From: Gemmatimonadota bacterium
Lineage (GTDB): Bacteria > Gemmatimonadota > Gemmatimonadetes > Longimicrobiales > Gaopeijiaceae
NCBI GenBank assembly: GCA_034521595.1
Contig: JAXHMG010000003.1
Span: 2,624,001-2,688,000 of the forward strand
Reading direction: 5' to 3'
Length of the DNA: 64,000 bases
Under the pieces are notes generated by a model, which ran no database searches, was not told the origin of the DNA, and saw nothing but the letters and a program-made list of their open reading frames with translations. Shown one piece after another: positions 34,624 through 44,634 of the stretch (position 1 is its first letter; each line of letters begins with the position of its first letter). The position numbers and the translations under genes are program-made.

Positions 34624-37008
34624 TCACATGCGGAATCGGTAGCTGAGCTTCACGAACAGCCCGTCCTGCGTCGGACGGAGGTCGCGGAAATCAAAGGCCA
34701 CGGGGTCCCGCATGTCCCGTGAGTAGCCGACGAAGAAGACGGTTCCCGGCGAAGGCTCGTACGATACCAGTCCTTCGACATGGAAGTCGTTCCGGTCCGA
34801 GCCCCCGCGGGCCGAACAGTCCCCGCCCGAACAGCCCAACAGACCTCGTCCGGACTCCGGGTCACGGAGCGCGCGCGACTCCTGCGCGGAATACTCGAAG
34901 ATGCCCCGAACGAACAGCGACCTGGAAAACTGGTACTGGGCACGGACGCGGGGGATCACGGCGGACGAGTGCTCCGATCCGTCCCGCTTCCGGACCAGCC
35001 GGGTCTGTCTCACGCCGAGCTCCGCCGTCAGGGACCGAGTCGGGAAGAGATTGACGCCGACCTCACTGGAATAGGAAGTCGCCGGCTCCACCGCGACGCC
35101 GAACGAACGGTCGAAGATCGGCGTATCTTCGACCGTGAAGCGCCAATTACCGCGCACCCGCTGCCATTTGTTCACCCACATGCCGACCGTCAGCCCGTCG
35201 AGTCCGTCGAAGTGCCCCTGGTCGGGTCGGAACGGCCGCACCGTCCCTGAAGCGTCCTCGACGAACAGGCCTTCGTACTCGGAAGGTTGAAAGGCGAACC
35301 GCCCGCGCGTGTAGTTCCCCCAGAACGTGACGTTGTCTCGGAATTGGAAGCGCCACCCGAGCTGGGCCCGGACCTCCTCGGCCTCCTCCCCCGCCCAGAA
35401 GCGGTCATGGTCCCAGAACGACCGCAGATTGAAGGACGGGTGGATGGACTGGAGAATCCCTCCGGAAGGGGCGTACCAATTATACGAGACCCGGCCCTCG
35501 AGCTTGGTGTCTCCCACGCGCCGGAAGAAACCGCTGCCCGCGCGGAAGTCCGGATCGGTATCGTGAAACTCACCGTTGAAGGAGAGCTCACGCCCCGAGC
35601 GCTCGACGCGTCCGAACAGGAAGCGCCCGTCCATGCGTTCCGTGGGGGCGGAAGGGTCGCGCGTGAAGCTCGCCGCCGACATGAGCGAAACCATGTACCT
35701 GGAGCCGAAGGCCAAACGAGCGTCAGCACCGGCCAGGCGGTTGTAGTCCGCCGAGCCCGCGGTGCGGTCGGTATATACGCCCCCGACCGTGGATCCCTCG
35801 CCGACGTCGGTCCTGACACGCAATAGATTCACGGCCGTGTTCCGCCCGGCGTCGTCAAAGCCCTCGTCGAGCGCACCCAGGTAACCCACGTTCGTGCCCC
35901 CGACCTTCCCCGTGAGCTTGGCCCCGGCGATCGGGTTGACCACCGAGCGGGTGTAGACCAGCCGGCGTGGCATGGAGAAGATCTCCGTCCCTTCGAGAAA
36001 GAACGGGCGCTTCTCGGGCAGGAAGATCGCGAACCGTTCGTTCACCGAGATCTGGCCGGCATCGGCTTCGACCTGGCTGAAATCCGGGTTGAACGTGGCG
36101 TCGAGCGTGAGGTTGGACGTGACTCCGTACGTGGCGTTGAGCCCGAAGGACGCGGTCGGATCCTCGTGCCGGAAGCCTTCCCCGCCCGGATCGAGCGTGC
36201 CCACCCGCGAGCCGGTGAGCACCGGGTTCACCTCCATGAACAATCCCGGATCGAGGCCCTGGAGTCCGGTAAGCTCACCATACTGGGAGAGTTGGTTCGC
36301 CACGTCCGAGCTCTGCGGCGCCCATGAGCTCATGAAGCCCGAGCGTTGGACTCTGCGGACCACTTGGATCCCCCAAGCCTGTTGCGCACGCTGAGGGAAG
36401 CGCAGGCTCTTGAACGGGATCCTGACCTCCACCTGGTACCCCTCACCAGTCACCCGGGCCTCGGAATCCCAGATGAAATCCTGATTCTCGTCGATGGGAG
36501 GTCCGAAGTTGCGTCGTCCCCCGCCACCACTTTCGCTCCACATGCCGTCGTGTTGCACACCATACGGGTTCACCGTGAACACGAACGCGCTGCGCTGATC
36601 GTCGTAGGTGTCGAGGAGGATACGGACCCAGTCGTCCGTGCGCTGAAAGCCGTCCCGCTCCGTCAGCGTCGCACGGATGTCCTCCGGCTGCGAATCCATC
36701 GCCCGGATACCGAGGTAAAGGGCCTCCTGGTCCACGAAGACCAGGACTTCGGTAGCCTGACTCGCGGAAACGCCTTCGTCGGGCTGGAACTGAGTGAAGC
36801 CGTGGAGCACGGCGGCTTGGCTCCAGGTCGGCTCGTCGAAACGTCCGTCGACCTCGATCGCGGCGCCGCTCACGGACGGCGTCTCGATGCGTGTCTCTCC
36901 GACCGAGCCGTCGTAATAGGCCGAGGCACCGGGGTCGGCCGTGTCGGCCGTGTCGGCCGGCAGAGCCAGGGCGGACACGAGAAGGGGCAGGAACGTGGTA
37001 TATATCAT
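34624..37008 (-). CDS. DUF5916 / CBM9-like domain outer-membrane protein
   Basis: Signal peptide, VDGRFDEPTW, NPDFSQVEAD, EKRPFFLEG and C-terminal FVKLSYRF. Confidence 0.85.
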   Translation of the reverse strand: MIYTTFLPLLVSALALPADTADTADPGASAYYDGSVGETRIETPSVSGAAIEVDGRFDEPTWSQAAVLHGFTQFQPDEGVSASQATEVLVFVDQEALYLGIRAMDSQPEDIRATLTERDGFQRTDDWVRILLDTYDDQRSAFVFTVNPYGVQHDGMWSESGGGGRRNFGPPIDENQDFIWDSEARVTGEGYQVEVRIPFKSLRFPQRAQQAWGIQVVRRVQRSGFMSSWAPQSSDVANQLSQYGELTGLQGLDPGLFMEVNPVLTGSRVGTLDPGGEGFRHEDPTASFGLNATYGVTSNLTLDATFNPDFSQVEADAGQISVNERFAIFLPEKRPFFLEGTEIFSMPRRLVYTRSVVNPIAGAKLTGKVGGTNVGYLGALDEGFDDAGRNTAVNLLRVRTDVGEGSTVGGVYTDRTAGSADYNRLAGADARLAFGSRYMVSLMSAASFTRDPSAPTERMDGRFLFGRVERSGRELSFNGEFHDTDPDFRAGSGFFRRVGDTKLEGRVSYNWYAPSGGILQSIHPSFNLRSFWDHDRFWAGEEAEEVRAQLGWRFQFRDNVTFWGNYTRGRFAFQPSEYEGLFVEDASGTVRPFRPDQGHFDGLDGLTVGMWVNKWQRVRGNWRFTVEDTPIFDRSFGVAVEPATSYSSEVGVNLFPTRSLTAELGVRQTRLVRKRDGSEHSSAVIPRVRAQYQFSRSLFVRGIFEYSAQESRALRDPESGRGLLGCSGGDCSARGGSDRNDFHVEGLVSYEPSPGTVFFVGYSRDMRDPVAFDFRDLRPTQDGLFVKLSYRFRM

Positions 37009-37094
37009 CAGCGTGGGTGTGGGCTGCGAAACGTCTTACGAGAGCGCCTGTGCCGACGGAACACTCGCCGCACGAGCGGCCGTGCCCCATCGTG

Positions 37095-37361
37095 ATGGTG
37101 CGCAGATTAATAAAGACACTCGAACCACCCCAGCCGTTGAACTCTCCACCGACATCCCACGGCGGCTATTCGGAGGAGCACCGGAAGGCGATTCGGCGCT
37201 CCGTGCGCGGCGGAACCGACCCGACCTGCCCCATTTGCTCCGTGCCGATGGATCGCCGCCCCGTGCCACCGAGGCCGGACGTCTCCTACGTCCGGGATCG
37301 ACTGTGGCTGACGTGTCCCTCGTGCGGGCGGTCCCTGGTCGTGGATCTGCGGGGGCCCTGA
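37095..37361 (+). CDS. Small zinc-ribbon protein
   Basis: CPIC...CPSC pair; start uncertain (ATG 37095 or TTG 37137). Confidence 0.6.
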   Translation: MVRRLIKTLEPPQPLNSPPTSHGGYSEEHRKAIRRSVRGGTDPTCPICSVPMDRRPVPPRPDVSYVRDRLWLTCPSCGRSLVVDLRGP

Positions 37362-37440
37362 CCCGGCGGTGGCGCGCGACCCGGGCAGCTCCGAAGTTGG
37401 ACACTCGTCCCGCCTCCATCCTCTCGACTCACCGTTCACC

Positions 37441-38352
37441 ATGGTCCGCACCATCCCACTCGCGCTCACAGCGTTCTTCACCGTCGGCGTCGTGACTCCC
37501 CTCACGGCCCAGAGCGGCTACCCGGCGCTCGGACCCGATCTGCCCTCGTCGACGCGAGCGATGGCCCTCGGGGGCGCGTACGTGATGGACGCGGGGCGCG
37601 CCGACGCGGTGTTTCGGCATCCCGAGCTTCTCCGCGGTGCCGGGGACATGACACTCGACCTGCAGCGATGGGGAAGCGCGGCGAGCACGGCGTCGGTGTC
37701 CGCCGCCACTTCGTGGTTCGGAGGAGATCTGGGCGTGGGCGTGGGAGTCCAAACGGTCCAGCAAACCGGAAATCCCGGAAGCGACGTCGACGGCCCGTAC
37801 GCTCAAGACCCGATGTTCGTGCACGGCGGCATCGGCATCTCCGAGCGGGCCGCGGTGCTCGGCCTCTCGGCCGCGCTCGAAGAGGTGGACTGGGGCCTGT
37901 CGTTACGGCTGACCGAGGCGTTCGTGGGAGTCCCCGGCGTCGACCGGTACTCCGACCTGGAGCTGGGGTTCGGCGCGGCGCGGGAGGTCGGGCCCGTGAC
38001 CGTCGGCGCCGCGTACCACGACGTGCTGAGGAGCGTCTCCGAGCTCACGGTCGGAGTCGGCGGATACGGGTGGGAGCTGGGCTTCCTGGACGTCGGGCTG
38101 AGCGGTCGCCTGGACTACTACGATGCGGACATCCAGGTGGGCGGAGGTCTCGAGCTCGGGTACTGGCCGATTCGCGGGCGAACCTTCATCGCGCGAATCG
38201 GTGCGCAGACGACTCCCGATCCGACCGCAGCTCGTCCGTTCACCTTCGGTTTCGCCTATTGGGGTGACGCGTTGACCGTGGAATGGGCGTTCCAACCCTT
38301 CGACGGGATGCCCGAGAGCGGCACGCACCGCTTCTCCGTGGGCTGGCGTTAG
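37441..38352 (+). CDS. PorV/FadL-like outer-membrane beta-barrel protein
   Basis: Signal peptide, STRAMALGGA...AVFRHP and C-terminal THRFSVGWR. Confidence 0.65.
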   Translation: MVRTIPLALTAFFTVGVVTPLTAQSGYPALGPDLPSSTRAMALGGAYVMDAGRADAVFRHPELLRGAGDMTLDLQRWGSAASTASVSAATSWFGGDLGVGVGVQTVQQTGNPGSDVDGPYAQDPMFVHGGIGISERAAVLGLSAALEEVDWGLSLRLTEAFVGVPGVDRYSDLELGFGAAREVGPVTVGAAYHDVLRSVSELTVGVGGYGWELGFLDVGLSGRLDYYDADIQVGGGLELGYWPIRGRTFIARIGAQTTPDPTAARPFTFGFAYWGDALTVEWAFQPFDGMPESGTHRFSVGWR

Positions 38353-38367
38353 CAGCCCACGGCCGGT

Positions 38368-40272
38368 TCACGGGCTTTCGACACGCGCCTCGAGAAAACC
38401 GGGATCGAGCTCACCGAGCCCGATCTGGTCGATGGCTAGCTCGCCGGCCGGGACGGCGTCGAACACGAACCGGACCTCCCGCAGGCGGGACACGTCGATG
38501 TCCGGCGATCGTGCCGCGAAATCGGACAGCGGAATCGCGTACGTCTGCTGAATGAGCTCCCAGTGCTCGCGGAATCGCTCGCGCTCCCGGTCCCGCCGCC
38601 GGAGCACATAGGTTTCCAGCGGCCTCCGGATCGCGCCATAGGCGCTCAAGGCCACCCGGGAGGACTGGCCGGCCGCGTCGACGATCTCGACCGTCACGTC
38701 GACAGCCGGCGGGTCTTCATCGACAGTGTCGGAGGGGGAGCCCTCCGACTCGTCTCCCGAGGGTGAAGGAACCTCGTGGGTCGGCGCGAGCATGAAGCTG
38801 AGCGCATGGTCCGCACCGACATTCCACCGCTCCACCACCTCGGCCGGTATCTCGACCACGTACCGTGCCGTGTCCGCCGGCGTGCCTTCCAGCCCGTCCG
38901 GTCCGTAGTTCCAACCGACCAGAACGGACTGGTTCTCCTGAGACGCCGAAGTGTTATTCCGGTTGCTCGACCGGAGCAGCAACATCGTTTCCTTCCACGA
39001 CGCGAGCCCCTCCCCCCGGATCCGCACACCCGGCTCCGTCCCGGTCGTGACGTCGATATCCTCCTCGAACGTGGCCAACGGACGAAAGGAGCTCGTCTCG
39101 AACCGCGTGACGTACATCGTCTCGGGGAGCCACTCGCCGACCGTCCGGTGATCCCGGAACATCGGCAGGTAGGAGCGATCGCCCGTGAGGACGACGTCGA
39201 GGAACGCGGAGATGTAGAGCTCGGCGACGCGTCGCTGGTCCTCCCCCGGGATGAGCGGACGCAAGTCGAGGATGCGGCCACTCCTCGGCCCGTTGTCGTG
39301 TGGGCCCCACACGGTGTTCCACTGCCCGTGGTTCGCACGGTAGACGTAGATGGCCGACTTCAACCTGAAGTGATCGGGGTCCGTGAAGCGAACCCGGTCG
39401 TAGAGCCGGACCCCGTGGAAGCTCGTCACGTCCCCGTCGTGCGACCCGTGAAAGGTGAGGTAGCTCACGTCTTCGACCACGACCCTCCGCCCGGTCGGGA
39501 GATACTGTCCGTCGACCGGAGCGATCGACACGATGCCTCCGATGTCGAAGCCGAAGTCGAACTCCAGCGTGGCGTCGTCGGGATAGTGGTCGAGGCGGTT
39601 GAAGGCGGCCGCGTTCGCGACGGCCTCACCGCCGCGCGAATGCCCGATCAAAGCGATTCGCTCCAGATCGACCTTGCCTTCGAAGGGATTTCCGTCCTCT
39701 TCGTGGAAGCCTTCGAAGAGCTCCAGATGCTTGAGCAGGAACCAACCGCGCGCGTCGTTCTCTTCACGGATGCTTCCGTTCAAGAAGTTCTCGTCGACGC
39801 TCGCGAGAATGTAGCCGCGGCTCGCCAGAAGCTCGCCCAGATAGCCGTAGCCGGGATCGGAATAGTCGCGCATGTCGTGATTCCCGTGCACCACGAGCAC
39901 CAGCGGGAACGGTCCCTCCCCGTCCGGATACCAGACCCGCGCGTTCAGGGGCATCTCCTCCGGTCCGAACCCCCAGTATTCGTTCCGCTCCTCCTCCGAC
40001 TCGCCGAGCTCGAGAAGCTTCGACGCATCGACCGACGGAGTGCGCATCGTGACTGAATCTCGGTACTCGGGGCGGTTCGCGTCCGTACCACTCCCGTAGT
40101 AGAGCGTGCGCACATCGTGTGGCCCCATGCGGCCCGGGTCGGGGGCATCGAGGACCTGGCGCGCGAGCACTTGTTCCGCGTCGCTCGGGGTGAGCTCGAG
40201 CGCGGGGGTGCACGACGCGGCGGCTGCGAGCGCCAGGGTGATCCCGGCGCGATGTCGTGTGATAGGTCTCAT
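38368..40272 (-). CDS. Lipoprotein alpha/beta hydrolase
   Basis: Lipobox AASC, PLVLVVHGNH, GHSRGG nucleophile, DGDV and ANHGQWNT. Confidence 0.8.
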   Translation of the reverse strand: MRPITRHRAGITLALAAAASCTPALELTPSDAEQVLARQVLDAPDPGRMGPHDVRTLYYGSGTDANRPEYRDSVTMRTPSVDASKLLELGESEEERNEYWGFGPEEMPLNARVWYPDGEGPFPLVLVVHGNHDMRDYSDPGYGYLGELLASRGYILASVDENFLNGSIREENDARGWFLLKHLELFEGFHEEDGNPFEGKVDLERIALIGHSRGGEAVANAAAFNRLDHYPDDATLEFDFGFDIGGIVSIAPVDGQYLPTGRRVVVEDVSYLTFHGSHDGDVTSFHGVRLYDRVRFTDPDHFRLKSAIYVYRANHGQWNTVWGPHDNGPRSGRILDLRPLIPGEDQRRVAELYISAFLDVVLTGDRSYLPMFRDHRTVGEWLPETMYVTRFETSSFRPLATFEEDIDVTTGTEPGVRIRGEGLASWKETMLLLRSSNRNNTSASQENQSVLVGWNYGPDGLEGTPADTARYVVEIPAEVVERWNVGADHALSFMLAPTHEVPSPSGDESEGSPSDTVDEDPPAVDVTVEIVDAAGQSSRVALSAYGAIRRPLETYVLRRRDRERERFREHWELIQQTYAIPLSDFAARSPDIDVSRLREVRFVFDAVPAGELAIDQIGLGELDPGFLEARVESP

Positions 40273-40377
40273 TCGGCACAGGTTAGCGGGGTGTCGACGG
40301 ACGGGGCAAACTCCGGCGGGGTGCCGTGCCCTGGGGTCCGCGGTTACCGTTCGGCTCACCCCAACCAGGAGCTACGG

Positions 40378-40860
40378 ATGGCCAACCCCACGGTCACCTT
40401 CCAGACGACCCACGGCACCTTCGAAGCCGAGATATTCGAAGACCAGGCTCCCGCGACGGCAGGCAACTTCCTCGAGCTCGTTCGCGACGGCTTCTACGAC
40501 GGCGTGGTGTTTCACCGGATCATCGAGGGGTTCGTGATCCAGGGGGGCGATCCCACCGGAACGGGGCGTGGCGGTCCCGGCTACTCGATCGACGACGAGT
40601 TCGCTCCGGGTCTTTCGCACACGGGCGAAGGGATCCTGTCGATGGCGAACGCCGGGCCCAACACGGGTGGGTCACAGTTCTTCGTCACCCTCGCGGCGAC
40701 ACCGTGGCTCGACGGGAAGCACGCCATCTTCGGTCGCGTGACCGACGGAATGGACGTGGTGCGGGAGATCGGGGACGTCGATACCGGACCGGGCGACCGC
40801 CCCAAGGACGACGTGGTCATGGAGAAGGTTACGGCCACGGAGTCTTCCGCCAGGGGATAG
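40378..40860 (+). CDS. Cyclophilin-type peptidyl-prolyl cis-trans isomerase
   Basis: FHRII.GFVIQGGD, SMANAGPNT.GSQFF and WLDGKHAIFG; AGGAG RBS. Confidence 0.95.
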   Translation: MANPTVTFQTTHGTFEAEIFEDQAPATAGNFLELVRDGFYDGVVFHRIIEGFVIQGGDPTGTGRGGPGYSIDDEFAPGLSHTGEGILSMANAGPNTGGSQFFVTLAATPWLDGKHAIFGRVTDGMDVVREIGDVDTGPGDRPKDDVVMEKVTATESSARG

Positions 40861-40869
40861 CATCTCGCC

Positions 40870-41235
40870 TCACCGGGCGCCCGTGGCCCCACCTCGCGCC
40901 CGGCGGGGCTCGTCACCACCGCGCGCCCACTGCTCGAGGCGGCCGACCAGCGTGTCCGAGCCGGCCTTGCTCGAGCCGAAGAGCCCGTCCTCACCTCCGT
41001 CGGCCTCCATGCGTTCCGCGACTCCGTGCAGGTTCAGCCAAGCGTCGAAACGCTCGCTGATCCGGAGAACCGAGTAGAAGAGCCGGGGCCGTTTTCCCCG
41101 GCCCGCGACGAGATCGACGAGCATCGCGATGATCGAGACGTTGAAGACGATGACATCCTTCATGCCGTCGACGGCGAGCTTGAGCTGGAAGATCGCGAAG
41201 TCGCGGAAAGTGACGCCTCTGGATGCCACGTTCAT
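40870..41235 (-). CDS. Hypothetical protein (121 aa)
   Basis: FQLKLAVDG.KD...SERFDAWLNL; coding-like composition. Confidence 0.65.
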   Translation of the reverse strand: MNVASRGVTFRDFAIFQLKLAVDGMKDVIVFNVSIIAMLVDLVAGRGKRPRLFYSVLRISERFDAWLNLHGVAERMEADGGEDGLFGSSKAGSDTLVGRLEQWARGGDEPRRARGGATGAR

Positions 41236-41489
41236 GTCTCGATGCCTTCGGTTCTGTGGTTCGGGATGTCACGGTTCGGAACGCCGGCAGCGGGACCATT
41301 CCCGCGCTCACGCGGCCCTACGCGGTTCCCCCCACGGATGATTCACGGCGCCTCGGCCCGACCGTTGAACAACCGGTCCTCCCGACGTGTCATTCAAGCA
41401 GTGGGCGCCACCCGCATTCCAGGAACCTTACCTCGGGGGCGCCGTACGAAGAGATCCGCGGCCCTCGCCCCCACCGGAGCCCTTGGCCA

Positions 41490-42320
41490 ATGCAGCGTAT
41501 CCTCCGAGCCGCTTTCGTCTCACTCGTGCCGGTCGCGCTCGTAGGTCTCGGAGCCCCGGCCCTGGTGAGCAACGGCGACGGCGAAGATTCCGGCCCCGCC
41601 GCGGCCGCGCCGACCGACCTTGCGGTGGACGAGCGCCCCGGCCGGTACCCCTTCTATTGGACCCGGGCGATCTACTCCAGCGGCTCGAGCGGTGGGTTCT
41701 ACGGCTGGGGGCGACGCGAAAGCTGGGCGACCGACTTCCCCAAGAGCGACCGCCAGTTCGTCACGGTGCTGAAGCGGCTCGTCGAGATCGACGTGTGGGA
41801 CGGCGAGAACGCTGTGCGGCTCGACGACCCGATCCTGAGACACTTCCCCCTCCTGTATATGGTGGAGGTCGGATACATGGACCTCGGCGACTCCGAGGTC
41901 GAAGGGTTGCGCAGCTACCTGGAGGCCGGTGGATTCCTCATCGTGGACGATTTCTGGGGTGCTCGGGAGTGGGCCGTGTTCCAGGAGAACATGGGGCGGG
42001 TCCTTCCGGACAAGCCCATCGTCGACCTTCCGCTCGAACACCCCATCTTCAGCACCTTCTACGACATCGAGGAGGTGAAACAGGTCCCCGCTCGCGGACG
42101 CGGGATTCCAGGTGGCCCGCCCGCTGCGGAGTGCCGCGGATGCGAGCCGACCGTGAGGGGGATCTTCGACGACGACGGCCGGCTCATGGTCGTCATCAAC
42201 TGGAACACGGACCTCGGCGACGCATGGGAGTGGGCTGAAGACCCCCGATACCCGTTGGAGTACTCGACGTACGCTTACCAGATGGGCGCGAACATGATCG
42301 TCTACGCCATGAGTCATTGA
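41490..42320 (+). CDS. DUF4159 domain protein (copy 1)
   Basis: WATDFP, YLEAGGFLIVDDF, HPIF, NTDLGDAWE and MGANMIVYA. Confidence 0.85.
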   Translation: MQRILRAAFVSLVPVALVGLGAPALVSNGDGEDSGPAAAAPTDLAVDERPGRYPFYWTRAIYSSGSSGGFYGWGRRESWATDFPKSDRQFVTVLKRLVEIDVWDGENAVRLDDPILRHFPLLYMVEVGYMDLGDSEVEGLRSYLEAGGFLIVDDFWGAREWAVFQENMGRVLPDKPIVDLPLEHPIFSTFYDIEEVKQVPARGRGIPGGPPAAECRGCEPTVRGIFDDDGRLMVVINWNTDLGDAWEWAEDPRYPLEYSTYAYQMGANMIVYAMSH

Positions 42321-42348
42321 TGAACCTTCGGCGTGGGATCCGGCGCGC

Positions 42349-44634
42349 ATGAACACGGTGTTCGAGTTCCTGTTCAAGTACCGTCCGCTCGTCTTCGAGC
42401 AGGGCGACTTCACGCTCGCGGCCTCGGGAAGCGCGCGGATCTGGATCGGTGTGGCCGCGGTGGCGGCGATCGCCGTCACCGCTTCGTACACTTACGCTCG
42501 CGGACGCAGCACCCCCGTCGAACGCGGGATCATGGCCGCGCTGCGCGTCGGGCTGGTCCTTCTGCTCGCGTTCGCGCTCCTCCAGCCCACCCTCGTGGTC
42601 TCCACGGTGGTTCCGCAGCAGAACTTCGTCGGCGTGCTCATCGACGACTCCCGCAGCATGAGCCTCACCGACGGGGCGGAAGAGCCGCGCAGCGCGTTCG
42701 TCGATGCTGAGCTCGCCCCCGGCGACGGCAGCCTCGTGGACGCGCTCTCGGAACGGTTCGTCCTCCGTTATTTCCGCTTCTCCGACGTCGCCCGGCGCAT
42801 CAACGACTTCGGGGAGCTCGACTTCTCGGGCCCTCGGACCAACCTCGCGTCCGCGCTGGATCTGGCGCGCCAGGAGCTATCGGGCGTGCCGCTCTCGGGG
42901 CTCGTGGTCGTGAGCGACGGCGCGGACACGGGAGACCGTCCGATCACCGAGGCGCTCACGCCGCTGCAGGCCGCGCAGGTGCCGGTCTACACAGTCGGCC
43001 TGGGCGAGGAGGTCATCGAGCCGGATATCGAGGTGGGCCGGATCGAGGTGCCCCGAACCGTGCTCGAAGGGACCACGGTCATGGTCGACGTGGTCGTGAC
43101 GCAACACGGCATGGGGTCGGGGTCGGTGCCGGTCATCGTGGAGGACGACCAGCGGATCCTCACCGAGGAGACCATCGAGCTGGGCGAAGACGGGGATCCG
43201 GTGGTGGCTCGCGTCGGGTTCCAGCTCGACCGCGCGGGCCCGCGCCGCGTACGCTTCCGCATCCCCCCCCAACCCGGGGAACGGGTCGAGCGGAACAACG
43301 CCCGGGAAGTGCTCATCGAAGTCCGTGGAGACCGCGAGAAGATCCTCTATTTCGAAGGCGAGCCGCGGTTCGAGGTGAAGTTCACGCGCCGCGCCGTGGA
43401 GGACGACGAAAACCTCCAGCTCGTCATCCTGCAGCGGACCGCGGAGAGCAAGTTCTTGCGTCTCTCCGTGACCGACAGTACCGAGCTCCGGTTCGGCTTC
43501 CCGACGAGTCGAGAGGAGTTGTACCGCTACCGCGCCCTCGTGCTGGGCAGCGTGGAGGCGTCGCACTTCACCCACAACCAGCTCACGATGATCGCCGACT
43601 TCGTCTCGGAGCGCGGCGGGAGCCTGCTCTTCCTGGGCGGAAGAAGCGCCTTCGCCGAGGGGGGCTGGGCCGGTACTCCCGTCGAAGAGGTCATGCCGGT
43701 GACTCTGGGCGAGCCGGCGGGGGGGCCGGACGGGTTCTTCTCGGAGGTGCGGGTCCGCCCCACACCCGCGGGGTTGGCGCACCCGACCGTGCAACTCGAC
43801 ACGCCGCTCGACGAGGTGGCCGAGCGTTGGGACTCCCTGCCCCCGCTCACGATCGTGAACCCGGTGACCGGGACGAAGCCGGGCGCCACGACCCTGCTGG
43901 CCGGAGAGTCGCCGGATCTCGCTTCCGACCAGGTCGTGCTGGCCTTCCATCGCTACGGGCGTGGTAAGGCGGCCGCCTTCACCGTTCAGGATTCCTGGCT
44001 CTGGCAGATGCATGCCGACGTCCCGGTCGAGGACCGCAGCCACCAGGCGTTCTGGCAACAGATGCTGCGATGGTTGCTCGACGGCGTGCCCACTCCGGTG
44101 GCGGCGTCACTCGATCGAGAGCGCGTCGACCCGGGCACGGCTCTCCGGCTGACGGCCGCGGTCGCCGACTCCTCGTACATCGAAGTGAACGACGCGTCCG
44201 TGCTCGCCCGGGTGACCACGCCGACGGGAGCCATCGAAGAGGTTCCTCTTTCGTGGACGGTGGAGCGCGACGGACAATACGAAACCGAGTTCCGCCCGTC
44301 CGAGGTGGGGGACTACGAGGTCGAGATCGTGGCGGAACGGGGCGGCGAGGTCCTCGGCTCGGGCACGACGCACTTCCGGGCCGGCCCCGGCGACGACGAA
44401 TACTTCGATGCCGGACGCCGCACGTCCCTGCTCGAACGCATCGCCGACGAGACCGGCGGGCAGTCGTACACGCCTCGGTCGGTCGCTTCGTTGCCCGACG
44501 ACATCGCGGTCACCGGGGCGGGGGTCACTCTGGTCGAGGAGCGCGACCTCTGGGACATGCCCGCCATCTTCCTGGCGATGCTGCTCTTGATGGCGGCGGA
44601 GTGGAGCTTCCGGCGACTCCGGGGGCTGGTATGA
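42349..44634 (+). CDS. Membrane protein with VWA and glutamine-amidotransferase-like domains
   Basis: N-terminal TM helices, DDSRSM MIDAS, SDG, FVSERGGSLLFLGG, YGRGK...WLW, C-terminal EW..RR..GL. Confidence 0.8.
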   Translation: MNTVFEFLFKYRPLVFEQGDFTLAASGSARIWIGVAAVAAIAVTASYTYARGRSTPVERGIMAALRVGLVLLLAFALLQPTLVVSTVVPQQNFVGVLIDDSRSMSLTDGAEEPRSAFVDAELAPGDGSLVDALSERFVLRYFRFSDVARRINDFGELDFSGPRTNLASALDLARQELSGVPLSGLVVVSDGADTGDRPITEALTPLQAAQVPVYTVGLGEEVIEPDIEVGRIEVPRTVLEGTTVMVDVVVTQHGMGSGSVPVIVEDDQRILTEETIELGEDGDPVVARVGFQLDRAGPRRVRFRIPPQPGERVERNNAREVLIEVRGDREKILYFEGEPRFEVKFTRRAVEDDENLQLVILQRTAESKFLRLSVTDSTELRFGFPTSREELYRYRALVLGSVEASHFTHNQLTMIADFVSERGGSLLFLGGRSAFAEGGWAGTPVEEVMPVTLGEPAGGPDGFFSEVRVRPTPAGLAHPTVQLDTPLDEVAERWDSLPPLTIVNPVTGTKPGATTLLAGESPDLASDQVVLAFHRYGRGKAAAFTVQDSWLWQMHADVPVEDRSHQAFWQQMLRWLLDGVPTPVAASLDRERVDPGTALRLTAAVADSSYIEVNDASVLARVTTPTGAIEEVPLSWTVERDGQYETEFRPSEVGDYEVEIVAERGGEVLGSGTTHFRAGPGDDEYFDAGRRTSLLERIADETGGQSYTPRSVASLPDDIAVTGAGVTLVEERDLWDMPAIFLAMLLLMAAEWSFRRLRGLV

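Noticed and set aside
36934-36958. 9-bp tandem repeat (GTCGGCCGT)n
   Set aside because: It encodes an Ala-Asp-Thr linker after a signal peptide; too short for a CRISPR array or meaningful VNTR.
37441-38352. Evidence for a type IX secretion system
   Set aside because: A lone PorV/FadL-like barrel is not diagnostic; no other T9SS genes are present.
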